The translations under genes and the position numbers were made by a program. DNA of 59,500 nt, filler included. It is 4 parts of 4 records of this genome, joined end to end, with 100 filler letters (N's around TTAATTAATTAA, not from the genome) between each part and the next. Parts side by side here need not be neighbours in the genome. Positions count along the whole stretch, not along the records: positions 34,227 to 53,339 come from SRR31156797_1147; positions 53,440 to 59,500 come from SRR31156797_1148; 2 more parts are not named here. The stretch is one strand, 5' to 3'. Below are positions 51,605-59,500 of this stretch, one piece after another. Every line of letters begins with the position of its first letter. Within the stretch, counting starts at the first letter, position 1. A model generated the notes under the pieces. The model made no database searches. It worked only from the letters and a program-made list of their open reading frames with translations, and was not told where the DNA came from.

Positions 51605-51708
51605 GCGGCTGGGCTCACAGCCGAAGGGTGAGGGCTACCCAGCCACTCACCAACCTAACAACCACTATAGGTGAAACATTTCAACCTGTATAGCATCAAG
51701 ATGTTGGG
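51605..51708 (+). ncRNA. tracrRNA-like scaffold, copy A
   Basis: Shares a 29-nt identical block, CACTCACCAACCT, GGTGAAACA and ATCAAGATGTTGGG with 53157-53281; hairpins; anti-repeat GGTGAAAC. Confidence 0.7.
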
Positions 51709-51793
51709 GTTTCACTCACGGGCGCGGGGATGAGTCGTTACATGTTAACAAGGGAAGGAAGGGGCATTAGTTTCACCCACGGGCGCGGAACCG
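51709..51793 (+). CRISPR. Mini CRISPR array: 29-nt repeat, 32-nt spacer, degenerate repeat
   Basis: GTTTCACTCACGGGCGCGGGGATGAGTCG (51709-51737); TTACATGTTAACAAGGGAAGGAAGGGGCATTA (51738-51769); GTTTCACCCACGGGCGCGGAACCG (51770-51793). Confidence 0.8.
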
Positions 51794-51831
51794 CACAAAT
51801 CAAGACCCGGAGCTACTATTAGGAGGGAAAA

Positions 51832-53223
51832 TTGAAGACACATACAAGGACAATAAAACCGCAATTGAAAATCAAAGCTTCTTCCCCCGACGCAAAAAAA
51901 CGGGCGTACAAACGTTTGTATCAGATATCAAATGATGCATGGCGGGCGGCCAATTGGGTCATCGGTGGCCAATATTTAAACGATTTACTTATGCGCCGGG
52001 TTTATGCTCGGAAAAAGATTAACGCAAAAAAAGACACGGATGCGATACAGGCGGTTGAAAAAGAAATTTTCGATAAAACGGGATTCTTCGGGTTAAAACG
52101 TCAAGCGTCAACGGAAAGGGATATTAAAGAAGCTTTCCCTGAGTTGCCGCCGTGTGTGACAAATTCTATGAATAGTGTGCTTTTCGCAAATTACAAAAAA
52201 GACAAACCGGATATGCTCATGGGAAAACGATCTTTACGCTCATATAAAGAGGGCATGCCTATCCAGGTTTCCAAAGCATCCGTGACGTTTTTTAAAGAAG
52301 GCAACAATCATTACATTCGATGGAAGTTGAGTAGGTCTGAGGAAATTCTATTCACCATTGAATACGGCAAAGACAAAGCGAACTTCCAGGGAACCGTTTC
52401 AGCTATCTTAGAGGGCGATCTCGATTTTTCAGCGCCACAAATTCAAATAAAAAAAAGAAAAACCTTCCTTTGTTTACCTGCCAAAGAACCTGAAAGACCG
52501 GCAGAGATAGACCCGGAATTATCCGTGGGGGTCAATCTGGGGATGCTCACGCCTGCTTACGTTGTGCTTGCCGACAATTCCGAACATCAACCCATCGGTT
52601 CGGGTAACGATTTTGGTCGGGTCAGATTGCAGATGCAGGACCGTCGAAAACGCCTGCAAAAAGACTTAAAATCGGCAAGGGGCGGTAAAGGCAGGAAAAA
52701 GAAGATGAAGGCCATGTCTCGAATCCGAGACAAAGAACGGAATTTTGCGCGAAGCTACAATCATTTTGTCAGCAAGGAAATACTCAATTTTACTACGAAA
52801 AACCGGGCGGGAGTGATCAAGCTGGAGATGTTGGAAGGTTTTGGAAAGTCCGAAAGAAATGCTTTGGTTCTGCGGAACTGGTCATATTTCGAGTTACAGG
52901 AAATGGTGAAATACAAGGCCAAACGATTAGGCATCAAGGTTGTAAAAGTGGACCCGTATATGTCCAGCCAAACTTGTGCCTTATGTGGGCATCACGAAAA
53001 AGGTCAGGTAGATAACGTATCCAAGACGTTCCTTTGTAAAGCGTGCAACAAAATTATGGATTCTGACCACAATGCGGCTCTGAACAATGCGAAATCGACC
53101 AATATCGTTACCAAGAAAGAGCAATGCGTTGTTTGGAAAAAAAATATGAAAAAAAAGCGGCTGGGCTCACAGCCGAAGGGTGAGGCTGAGGGTGAAGCCC
53201 TTGAGCACTCACCAACCTCGTAA
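51832..53223 (+). CDS. Cas12f/TnpB-family RNA-guided protein, RuvC-I Asp replaced by Asn (predicted nuclease-dead)
   Basis: SLRSYKEGMPI, GVNLG (N235), GGKGRKKK, NH.VSK, IKLE (E332), LRNWSYFELQ..V.YKA, CALC/CKAC zinc finger, DSDHNAALN (D412); AGGAGG SD, TTG start. Confidence 0.88.
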   Translation: MKTHTRTIKPQLKIKASSPDAKKRAYKRLYQISNDAWRAANWVIGGQYLNDLLMRRVYARKKINAKKDTDAIQAVEKEIFDKTGFFGLKRQASTERDIKEAFPELPPCVTNSMNSVLFANYKKDKPDMLMGKRSLRSYKEGMPIQVSKASVTFFKEGNNHYIRWKLSRSEEILFTIEYGKDKANFQGTVSAILEGDLDFSAPQIQIKKRKTFLCLPAKEPERPAEIDPELSVGVNLGMLTPAYVVLADNSEHQPIGSGNDFGRVRLQMQDRRKRLQKDLKSARGGKGRKKKMKAMSRIRDKERNFARSYNHFVSKEILNFTTKNRAGVIKLEMLEGFGKSERNALVLRNWSYFELQEMVKYKAKRLGIKVVKVDPYMSSQTCALCGHHEKGQVDNVSKTFLCKACNKIMDSDHNAALNNAKSTNIVTKKEQCVVWKKNMKKKRLGSQPKGEAEGEALEHSPTS

Positions 53224-53281
53224 CCCTTTTTCAGGCGCTATGTGTTGCGGGTGAAACAGATATCCCTATCAAGATGTTGGG
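53157..53281 (+). ncRNA. tracrRNA-like scaffold, copy B (overlaps the 3' end of the cas12f-like ORF)
   Basis: Same conserved blocks as copy A; anti-repeat GGGTGAAAC at 53249-53257. Confidence 0.72.
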
Positions 53282-53339
53282 GTTTCACCCACGGGCGCGG
53301 GGATGAGTCGGTCATTGGTGGCGGCATCGGATAGCAGCC
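53282..53339 (+). CRISPR. Start of a CRISPR array, truncated at contig end
   Basis: Repeat GTTTCACCCACGGGCGCGGGGATGAGTCG (53282-53310, 28/29 identical to 51709-51737) plus 29 nt of putative spacer. Confidence 0.72.
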
Positions 53340-53439
53340 NNNNNNNNNNNNNNNNNNNNNNNNNNNNNNNNNNNNNNNNNNNNTTAATTAATTAANNNNN
53401 NNNNNNNNNNNNNNNNNNNNNNNNNNNNNNNNNNNNNNN
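53340..53439. other. Artificial contig linker
   Basis: N44-TTAATTAATTAA-N44. Confidence 0.98.
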
Positions 53440-54253
53440 TTCTATAAGCATATGCTGTAACTGCTGCATAATATGGAGATTTTGTACGACCTTCTATTTT
53501 AATAGAATCTACTGATCCACTATCTACGATCTCTTTTACATGTGAAGCTAGATTCATATCTTTTGCATTAAAAATATATGTCCCCACACCAGGGTCTTCT
53601 TCAAGTCTAAATAATGTGCTATGATCTTCATTAGCTGCATATAAAGTATACTCAAATCGACAATCATTGGCACAAGATCCACGATTTGGAACTCTTCCCA
53701 TTTGTACTGCACTAATCAAACATCGTCCACTATAAGCAAAACACATAGAACCATGAACAAACACTTCAATTTCTAGATCAGGAAGTCGTCTTTTGATCTC
53801 TTCTACATCCTTAAGGCTAATCTCCCTTGCAGCTATGATTCTTCTTACACCCATATCGTAATAGACTTTTGCATCCAAATAGTTCATTACATTTGCTTGT
53901 GTAGAAAGGTGTATTGGAATATTTGGAGCAAGTTCATTACACAAAGCTACAACTCCAGGTGTTGCTACAATAAGTGCATCTGGTTGCAACTCAGCTACAT
54001 TTACAATATGTTTTTTTAATAACTCTATTTGAGAATTAAAAGGAAATCCATTTATCGTCGCATATACTTTTTTCCCCTTTGAGTGGGCATAATCAATCCC
54101 CTCTTTAAATGTCTCAAAGGTAAACTCTTTTCCACTTCTTATTCGTAAACTAAAATGACTTACCCCTCCATATACAGCGTCTGCACCAAAGGCAAGGGCT
54201 ATTTTTAGTTTTTCTAAATTTCCAGCAGGACTTAGTAGTTCTATTTTTTTCAA
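53440..54253 (-). CDS. Peptidase U32 family (TrhP/YegQ-like) protein, 3' truncated
   Basis: ELLSPAG, GADAVY, HGSMC.AYSGRC, NRG.C...CR, KIEGR. Confidence 0.92.
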
Positions 54254-54262
54254 ATTCTTTCC

Positions 54263-55279
54263 TTACTTTAACATAAACCGTTGGAGATCTTTTGTAAGGT
54301 TTGGATCATACTCACCTGGTCCATACTCTTTTTTCTGATCCTCCTCTTCCATATCATCATCTATTGGTTCGATCATAGTCTCTTCATTCATATCCCTAAA
54401 AGCGATATCATGAACACAACGAACTTTTCCTTTATCAAAATTTTGAACAGATCTTTTTACCTCTCCATCAACTGTAAAATCTTTTACTTGAGAATAGTTC
54501 CATACCCCTGAATCTCCAATAGAAATATCAGAACTCCAGTAAAATGGTTCTCCATATCCATTGTATATATCATCTTTATATGTTTCATATAAAGTATTCA
54601 ATTCTTCTAAAGTTGGAATTCTCCAATCTTTTAAAAAAGCTATCTCTAGATTTTCACAATAGCGCTGTGCATCAGAATAATTCATACTAGTATTAACAGC
54701 TTCTAAAGTATCTTCCCAAATAAGATTCCCTAAATAGCTTGTATATATCTTTATCTCTTTTGGAGTATTTTTTAAAGTATATCTAATCTCTGTAAACTTA
54801 TCTGCTTTAAGGTCTCTTTTGAACTGTATCTGTTTCTCTTTGTTATAGATTCCAAAAAGAAGATTTGGTGAAGCATCTACTTTCATCACTCTATTATTTC
54901 CATGAAGTTTTTTTTCAAACTTTCCATTTAAATATAAAAACCCATCTTCTCCTACTAAAAATACTTCTGTTTTTAAAGGTTTAAATTCAAACTTGATCGT
55001 TTGAAGTTCATTAGTAGCTAATAATATCTTTTGCGTCAATTCTGTCTCATGGTAACTATCACTATTTATAGCTTTTAAAGTATGCTCTTTATGAGACTCT
55101 ATTGCAAAGTTTTTAAGTGGTGCTATTCCTATCTCTTTATCATCAAGAAAGATCTTAGTATTTTCTAGGTTTGAAGTCACATTAATATAGGTTGCCTTTG
55201 GATCATCTTTTTTCACCTCATCTTGCGCGTAAGAGAAACTTATGATAAATAGCATTAAAAATATAGGGACAAGTCTCAT
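54263..55279 (-). CDS. Secreted PEGA plus DUF1566/Lcl-C domain protein
   Basis: Signal peptide, PEGA-like N-terminus, L.W, A..YC..L, DWRIPT..EL, YWSS, VRCV. Confidence 0.75.
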   Translation of the reverse strand: MRLVPIFLMLFIISFSYAQDEVKKDDPKATYINVTSNLENTKIFLDDKEIGIAPLKNFAIESHKEHTLKAINSDSYHETELTQKILLATNELQTIKFEFKPLKTEVFLVGEDGFLYLNGKFEKKLHGNNRVMKVDASPNLLFGIYNKEKQIQFKRDLKADKFTEIRYTLKNTPKEIKIYTSYLGNLIWEDTLEAVNTSMNYSDAQRYCENLEIAFLKDWRIPTLEELNTLYETYKDDIYNGYGEPFYWSSDISIGDSGVWNYSQVKDFTVDGEVKRSVQNFDKGKVRCVHDIAFRDMNEETMIEPIDDDMEEEDQKKEYGPGEYDPNLTKDLQRFMLK

Positions 55280-55289
55280 TTTATCTTCC

Positions 55290-56057
55290 TTACACGAACC
55301 AAATTAGAAGTATTGTACCAAAAATTATCCTATAGACTCCAAAAGCTACAAAGGTAAAACGTTGTAAAAAAGCTAAAAAGAGCTTTATAGTTAGATACGC
55401 TACAATAAATGCCACCACAAATCCTACAAGTAATACGACTAAATTTGCTCCAGTAAAATCTTGATAATGCTTTAATAGATCATATCCAGTTGTAGCACAC
55501 ATTACAGGAAGGGCTAAAAGAAAGCTAAACTCAGCACTTGCTTTTCTATTAAGCCCCACAAGCATCGCTCCAATAATAGTACTTCCAGCTCGACTAGTTC
55601 CTGGGATCAAAGCAAAGATCTGTGCAATCCCTATCCACAAAGCCTGTTTGTAACTTACCTTTTCCACATCATCAATAAAATGTTCTTTTTCAGTATAAAA
55701 CTTTTCTACTATTAAAAAAATAATCCCACCTGCTATAAACATCCAAGCAACAATTACGATATCAAACATCGCTTTAATCTGGGAAGCAAAAAGAAAGCCA
55801 ACCGCCCCTATTGGGATAAAAGCTAAAATAAGCTTTTTCCATAGTTCGATCTTTTCTAGAGTAAATTTCTCTTTATAAGTTAAAACTACTGCTAAGATCG
55901 CAGCAAACTGGATGATCACTTCATAGGCTGTAGTTACTTTTGTCTGATCAATTCCTAAAGCTTCACTTGCTACAATTAAATGACCAGTTGAACTAATAGG
56001 AAGAAACTCTGTAAAACCTTCAATAATTCCTAAGATAATAGAATCAAATATATCCAA
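55290..56057 (-). CDS. uppP: Undecaprenyl-diphosphate phosphatase
   Basis: [22 protein letters not shown]. Confidence 0.96.
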   Translation of the reverse strand: MDIFDSIILGIIEGFTEFLPISSTGHLIVASEALGIDQTKVTTAYEVIIQFAAILAVVLTYKEKFTLEKIELWKKLILAFIPIGAVGFLFASQIKAMFDIVIVAWMFIAGGIIFLIVEKFYTEKEHFIDDVEKVSYKQALWIGIAQIFALIPGTSRAGSTIIGAMLVGLNRKASAEFSFLLALPVMCATTGYDLLKHYQDFTGANLVVLLVGFVVAFIVAYLTIKLFLAFLQRFTFVAFGVYRIIFGTILLIWFV

Positions 56058-56058
56058 A

Positions 56059-56718
56059 CTAAAGTCCCTTTTGTTTGATCTGTTTAAAAAATAGTTTTAG
56101 GGCTCTTTTTTCTCTATATCCCATAGTATATTTTATCTTTGTAAGGTACTCTTGTATTTGCACAGCAGATAAACCGCTTCTTTTCACATACTTTTTTAAA
56201 ATATATTGAGGGATAAATATTTTTTGCTTTGAAAACTTTTTTGCAAGCTTACAGAGATGTTTTTGATTTCCATTAAAACAAAGTCTTGCAAATACAAAGG
56301 GGAGTCCATATTTTTCTTTCCAAGCATGTGCAAGATCGATAAACTCTTTTGAGAGATCATTGTGATAATATAGTAATGCTTTATCACCTATAAGTACTTT
56401 TCCTTTTATATCTAAAACCTTTGCTAAGATATTTGAAGTATCTGATTGATAATCCTCTTCATATTTCCCCTGAAGAGCAAGTACCGAAAGAACTTCCCCA
56501 TCAGCAATAATTCCTAGATCAGCACACTTTTCATTTTTAGATTTAATAGATGAAATAAATGCAGCATCTATTTTTCTTTTTTTAAACTTTTTATTAATAT
56601 TTGAAGGGTATGACTTATGATAATTAACTATATGTTGTAACTGTGAAGAACCAATATTTTTTTTTAAAAATACAGTAAAAGGTAAAAGATTAATAAAATC
56701 GATTTTAGCAAATATCAT
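56059..56718 (-). CDS. mqnA: MqnA-like menaquinone (futalosine pathway) protein
   Basis: [21 protein letters not shown]....LPFVFA. Confidence 0.8.
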   Translation of the reverse strand: MIFAKIDFINLLPFTVFLKKNIGSSQLQHIVNYHKSYPSNINKKFKKRKIDAAFISSIKSKNEKCADLGIIADGEVLSVLALQGKYEEDYQSDTSNILAKVLDIKGKVLIGDKALLYYHNDLSKEFIDLAHAWKEKYGLPFVFARLCFNGNQKHLCKLAKKFSKQKIFIPQYILKKYVKRSGLSAVQIQEYLTKIKYTMGYREKRALKLFFKQIKQKGL

Positions 56719-56801
56719 TGCAAATAGAGTCCTTATTTAAAATAAGATATAATAGCCAAAACTTGATAAAATCACTATTATTATAAGGGGTAAGATTTTT
56801 T

Positions 56802-57587
56802 ATGAGAGTTGATCTTCATAACCATACAACACTATGTAACCATGCAGCTGGAACCATGGAAGAATACATACAAAAAGCCATTGAACTTGGGATCGACATC
56901 TATGGATTTAGTGAACATGCCCCTATGAAAAACTTTGAAGATGGATATCGACTAGAGTTGTGTGATAAAGATTATTATGAAAACTCTATCCTTTCTTTAA
57001 AAGAGAAATATAAAGATGAGATTACTATTCTTTTAGGCTATGAGGTTGATTATTTAGAGGGTGATTATCTCTTAGATGTGATCAAAGATGCTCCAGTTGA
57101 TTATCTAATAGGATCTGTTCACTATCTTGGAAACTGGGGATTTGATAATCCTGAATATATAGGGCAGTATGAAAACAAAGATATTGACCAAGTTTGGGAA
57201 GAGTATTTTGACGCAATCAAACAAATGGCTGCTACAAAACTATTTAATATAGTAGGTCACCTTGATCTTATAAAAATCTTTAACTTTTTTCCAAAACAAG
57301 ATATCAACTCTTTAGCACTAGAAGCTCTAAAAGAGATCAAAAAAGCGAATATGGCTATAGAGATAAATGCAGCAGGTTTTAGAAAACCAGTAAAAGAGCA
57401 ATACCCCTCAACATCTCTTTTACGTATAGCTTATGAGCTTGGTATCCCTGTTACATTTAGTAGTGATGCTCATAGTATAGATCAGATTGGATTTTATTAT
57501 GAAGAAGCAGTAAAAGTTGCTAAAGAGGTTGGATATACTGAGTGTGTATATTTTAAAAATAAAGAAGCTATTAAAGTGAAATTTTAA
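56802..57587 (+). CDS. Histidinol-phosphatase, PHP family
   Basis: D.HNHT..C.HA, SEH.P, GSVH, GH.D, SDAH. Confidence 0.88.
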   Translation: MRVDLHNHTTLCNHAAGTMEEYIQKAIELGIDIYGFSEHAPMKNFEDGYRLELCDKDYYENSILSLKEKYKDEITILLGYEVDYLEGDYLLDVIKDAPVDYLIGSVHYLGNWGFDNPEYIGQYENKDIDQVWEEYFDAIKQMAATKLFNIVGHLDLIKIFNFFPKQDINSLALEALKEIKKANMAIEINAAGFRKPVKEQYPSTSLLRIAYELGIPVTFSSDAHSIDQIGFYYEEAVKVAKEVGYTECVYFKNKEAIKVKF

Positions 57588-57590
57588 CAG

Positions 57591-58673
57591 ATGCTACGAT
57601 CAAAAATATTTTTTACCCTTTTTTTTATTATGGTTTCCACTTTTATCTTTATAGGACTAAACCATGAAAAAAATCAAAAGATAAAAGAATACCTTAGTCA
57701 AAAAACAGCCCTATATACTCAAAACTATAATGTGATCTATGATCAATATAAAAAACTCTCCCGCGTGATCTTTGAGATTGAAGTGAATACCCCTGAAGTA
57801 CTTAAGATCCTTTCAAATATTGAAGAGACAAATAAAAATGAACAAAGAGAAAAACTCTATGCAAAACTAAAAAACACTTATACAATGCTCCAAGAATATA
57901 ATTTAAAACAACTCCATTTCCATCTTCCTAATAATGATAGTTTTTTACGATTTCACCGTCCTAAAAAATTTGGAGATGATCTATCAGGGATTCGCCAAAC
58001 AGTAAGTTATGTGAATCAATACCAAAAATTTATTGATGGTTTTGAAGAGGGAAGGATCTATAATGGGTATAGATTTGTCTATCCTCTTTTTTATGATAAA
58101 AAACATCTTGGAAGTGTAGAGATATCTTTTAGTACTCATGCTATGAGTGCTACAGTTTCTCAAAAGTATAATCTACCAAGCTACTTTTTAATAAAAAAAG
58201 AGGTTGTGGATAAAAAACTTTTCAAAAGTGAAAAACACAACTATACAAATTCAAATCTTGAAAAATTTTATATCGAAAACAATATCTTTGACTATGTGGA
58301 TAACCTTACTAATCAAAATACTCTTGATCATATCTCAAACGAGTTAGAAGAACAAATATATTCACTAGTCGATTCACAAAAAAAAGCTTTTAGTATTTAT
58401 AATCCAGAAGATAAACACCTTTTGACCTTTATTAAAGTAAATAATGCAGTTACAGCAGAGAATATTGGACTCTTTGTAATAGCAAGTGATTCTCACTATA
58501 TTGATAATAAAAAAAATAACTTTTATTATTCTCTTTTAGTTTCTAATCTTTTGCTTTTTATCATTATATTTTTTATCTATGCAGAGCTTCTTCATAAAGT
58601 AAAGATTAATGAATTGAATGAAAAAATTGAACAGCTCAATCATAAACTACTAGAATGTGTAAAATCAAACTAA
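57591..58673 (+). CDS. Cache-domain membrane protein with no output domain
   Basis: 2 TM flanking QLHFH...SFLR.H.P.K.GD.L..R...GFEEG; ends after a short coiled coil. Confidence 0.7.
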   Translation: MLRSKIFFTLFFIMVSTFIFIGLNHEKNQKIKEYLSQKTALYTQNYNVIYDQYKKLSRVIFEIEVNTPEVLKILSNIEETNKNEQREKLYAKLKNTYTMLQEYNLKQLHFHLPNNDSFLRFHRPKKFGDDLSGIRQTVSYVNQYQKFIDGFEEGRIYNGYRFVYPLFYDKKHLGSVEISFSTHAMSATVSQKYNLPSYFLIKKEVVDKKLFKSEKHNYTNSNLEKFYIENNIFDYVDNLTNQNTLDHISNELEEQIYSLVDSQKKAFSIYNPEDKHLLTFIKVNNAVTAENIGLFVIASDSHYIDNKKNNFYYSLLVSNLLLFIIIFFIYAELLHKVKINELNEKIEQLNHKLLECVKSN

Positions 58674-58814
58674 GCTTTAATTTTACTTAATTTGATATAT
58701 TCTTATATCTTCAAAATCCCTTATTTTAGGGGTTTTATTCTTTTCCTCTTAAGTAATATTAAAGCTTTAGTTCACTATCATTCCAAACTTAATTAAAAAG
58801 AGGAGTATTTAAAA

Positions 58815-59500
58815 GTGTTTGATAGTTTAACCAGTTCTTTTAAAAATGTTGTTGGAAAGATTCGTCATAAAGATGATGCTAACGCATTAAAAAGAGCCTT
58901 AGCAGAGTTAAAAAAATCTCTTTTGACGTTTGATGTACACCATAAAACCACCAAAGAGCTTTTAAAACAAATAGAACTAGAAACAAAAGCCAATGGGATC
59001 GGTCAAGACTCATTTTTAAATGCACTTAAAAACTCTCTTACAAATATTTTAACCACAAATGGAAATCAAGGATTTATTTACAGCAATAAATCTACACTTA
59101 CCACTATTTTAATGACAGGTCTTCAAGGAAGTGGTAAAACAACTACTACAGGAAAACTTGCAAACTACCTAAAAATCAGAAAGAAAAAAGTACTTATCGC
59201 TGCAGCCGATCTTCAAAGATTAGCAGCAGTTGAACAGTTAAAACAAATAGGTAGCCAGATCGAAGTAGATGTATACTTTGAAGATGGAGAAACTGATCCA
59301 GTAAAGATCGCTTTAAATGCTAAGAAAAAAGCTGAAACTGAGATGTATGATGTTCTTTTTATAGATACCGCTGGGCGACTTGCTATTGATGAAGAGCTTA
59401 TGGATCAGCTAAAAGATGTAAAAGATGCAGTAGAACCTGATGAGATCTTTTATGTGGCTGATTCTTTAACTGGACATGATGCTACAAAAACAGCAACTAC
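58815..59500 (+). CDS. ffh: Signal recognition particle protein Ffh (3' truncated; not in ORF track)
   Basis: GTG start with AGGAG SD; GLQGSGKTTT.GKLA, D.QR.AA.EQL, DTAGR. Confidence 0.95.
   Translation, partial: MFDSLTSSFKNVVGKIRHKDDANALKRALAELKKSLLTFDVHHKTTKELLKQIELETKANGIGQDSFLNALKNSLTNILTTNGNQGFIYSNKSTLTTILMTGLQGSGKTTTTGKLANYLKIRKKKVLIAAADLQRLAAVEQLKQIGSQIEVDVYFEDGETDPVKIALNAKKKAETEMYDVLFIDTAGRLAIDEELMDQLKDVKDAVEPDEIFYVADSLTGHDATKTAT

Larger units (their letters stand above)
34227..53339. mobile_element. Temperate phage/prophage or ICE fragment (immunity and early region)
   Basis: Divergent CI/Cro-like switch, CII-like gene, methylase, SbcCD, many small ORFs, no housekeeping genes; no structural genes or integrase visible. 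Confidence 0.75.

Noticed and set aside
51605-53310. Reading the duplicated blocks as IS200/IS605 ends or a plain tnpB transposon
   Set aside because: No tnpA is present; the copies are direct repeats containing repeat-spacer-repeat geometry and an anti-repeat, which fits CRISPR/tracr better. Not fully excluded without phylogeny.
54263-55279. DUF1566/C-type-lectin-fold protein as a diversity-generating retroelement target
   Set aside because: No reverse transcriptase and no template/variable repeat pair seen in the contig.
1101-59500. ffs and ffh in one window as an SRP cluster
   Set aside because: They are on different contigs.

Overview
The window joins four unrelated contigs with identical 100-nt N/TTAATTAATTAA linkers (15383-15482, 34127-34226, 53340-53439), so adjacency across a linker means nothing. 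Contig A (1-15382) is AT-rich and Campylobacterota/Arcobacter-like: ureG, SRP RNA, queF, cidA/lrgB, a sensor kinase and the gyrB end. Contig B (15483-34126) is Clostridia-like: pstSCAB-phoU-phoPR, an ABC transporter, a GntR operon, rpoD, dnaG and tRNAs. Contig C (34227-53339) is higher GC and is the early/immunity region of a temperate phage or ICE: helicase-methylase, CI/Cro/CII-like regulators, SLATT, HicB, SbcCD and an SF2 helicase. Contig D (53440-59500) is Campylobacterota-like: U32 protein, uppP, mqnA, PHP phosphatase and ffh. The main discovery is at the end of contig C. A 463-aa Cas12f/TnpB-family gene has Asn in place of the RuvC-I catalytic Asp (GVNLG). Both upstream and downstream of it lies a copy of a structured tracrRNA-like scaffold directly followed by a 29-nt type I-E-like CRISPR repeat and a spacer. 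This is a candidate mobile-element-encoded, nuclease-dead, RNA-guided DNA-binding system. Other notable items are a PDZ-like domain inserted in PstA, twin mirror-image promoter/operator units flanking the phage immunity cassette, and a decayed hicA beside an intact hicB. All calls come from motif recognition by eye; no searches were run.
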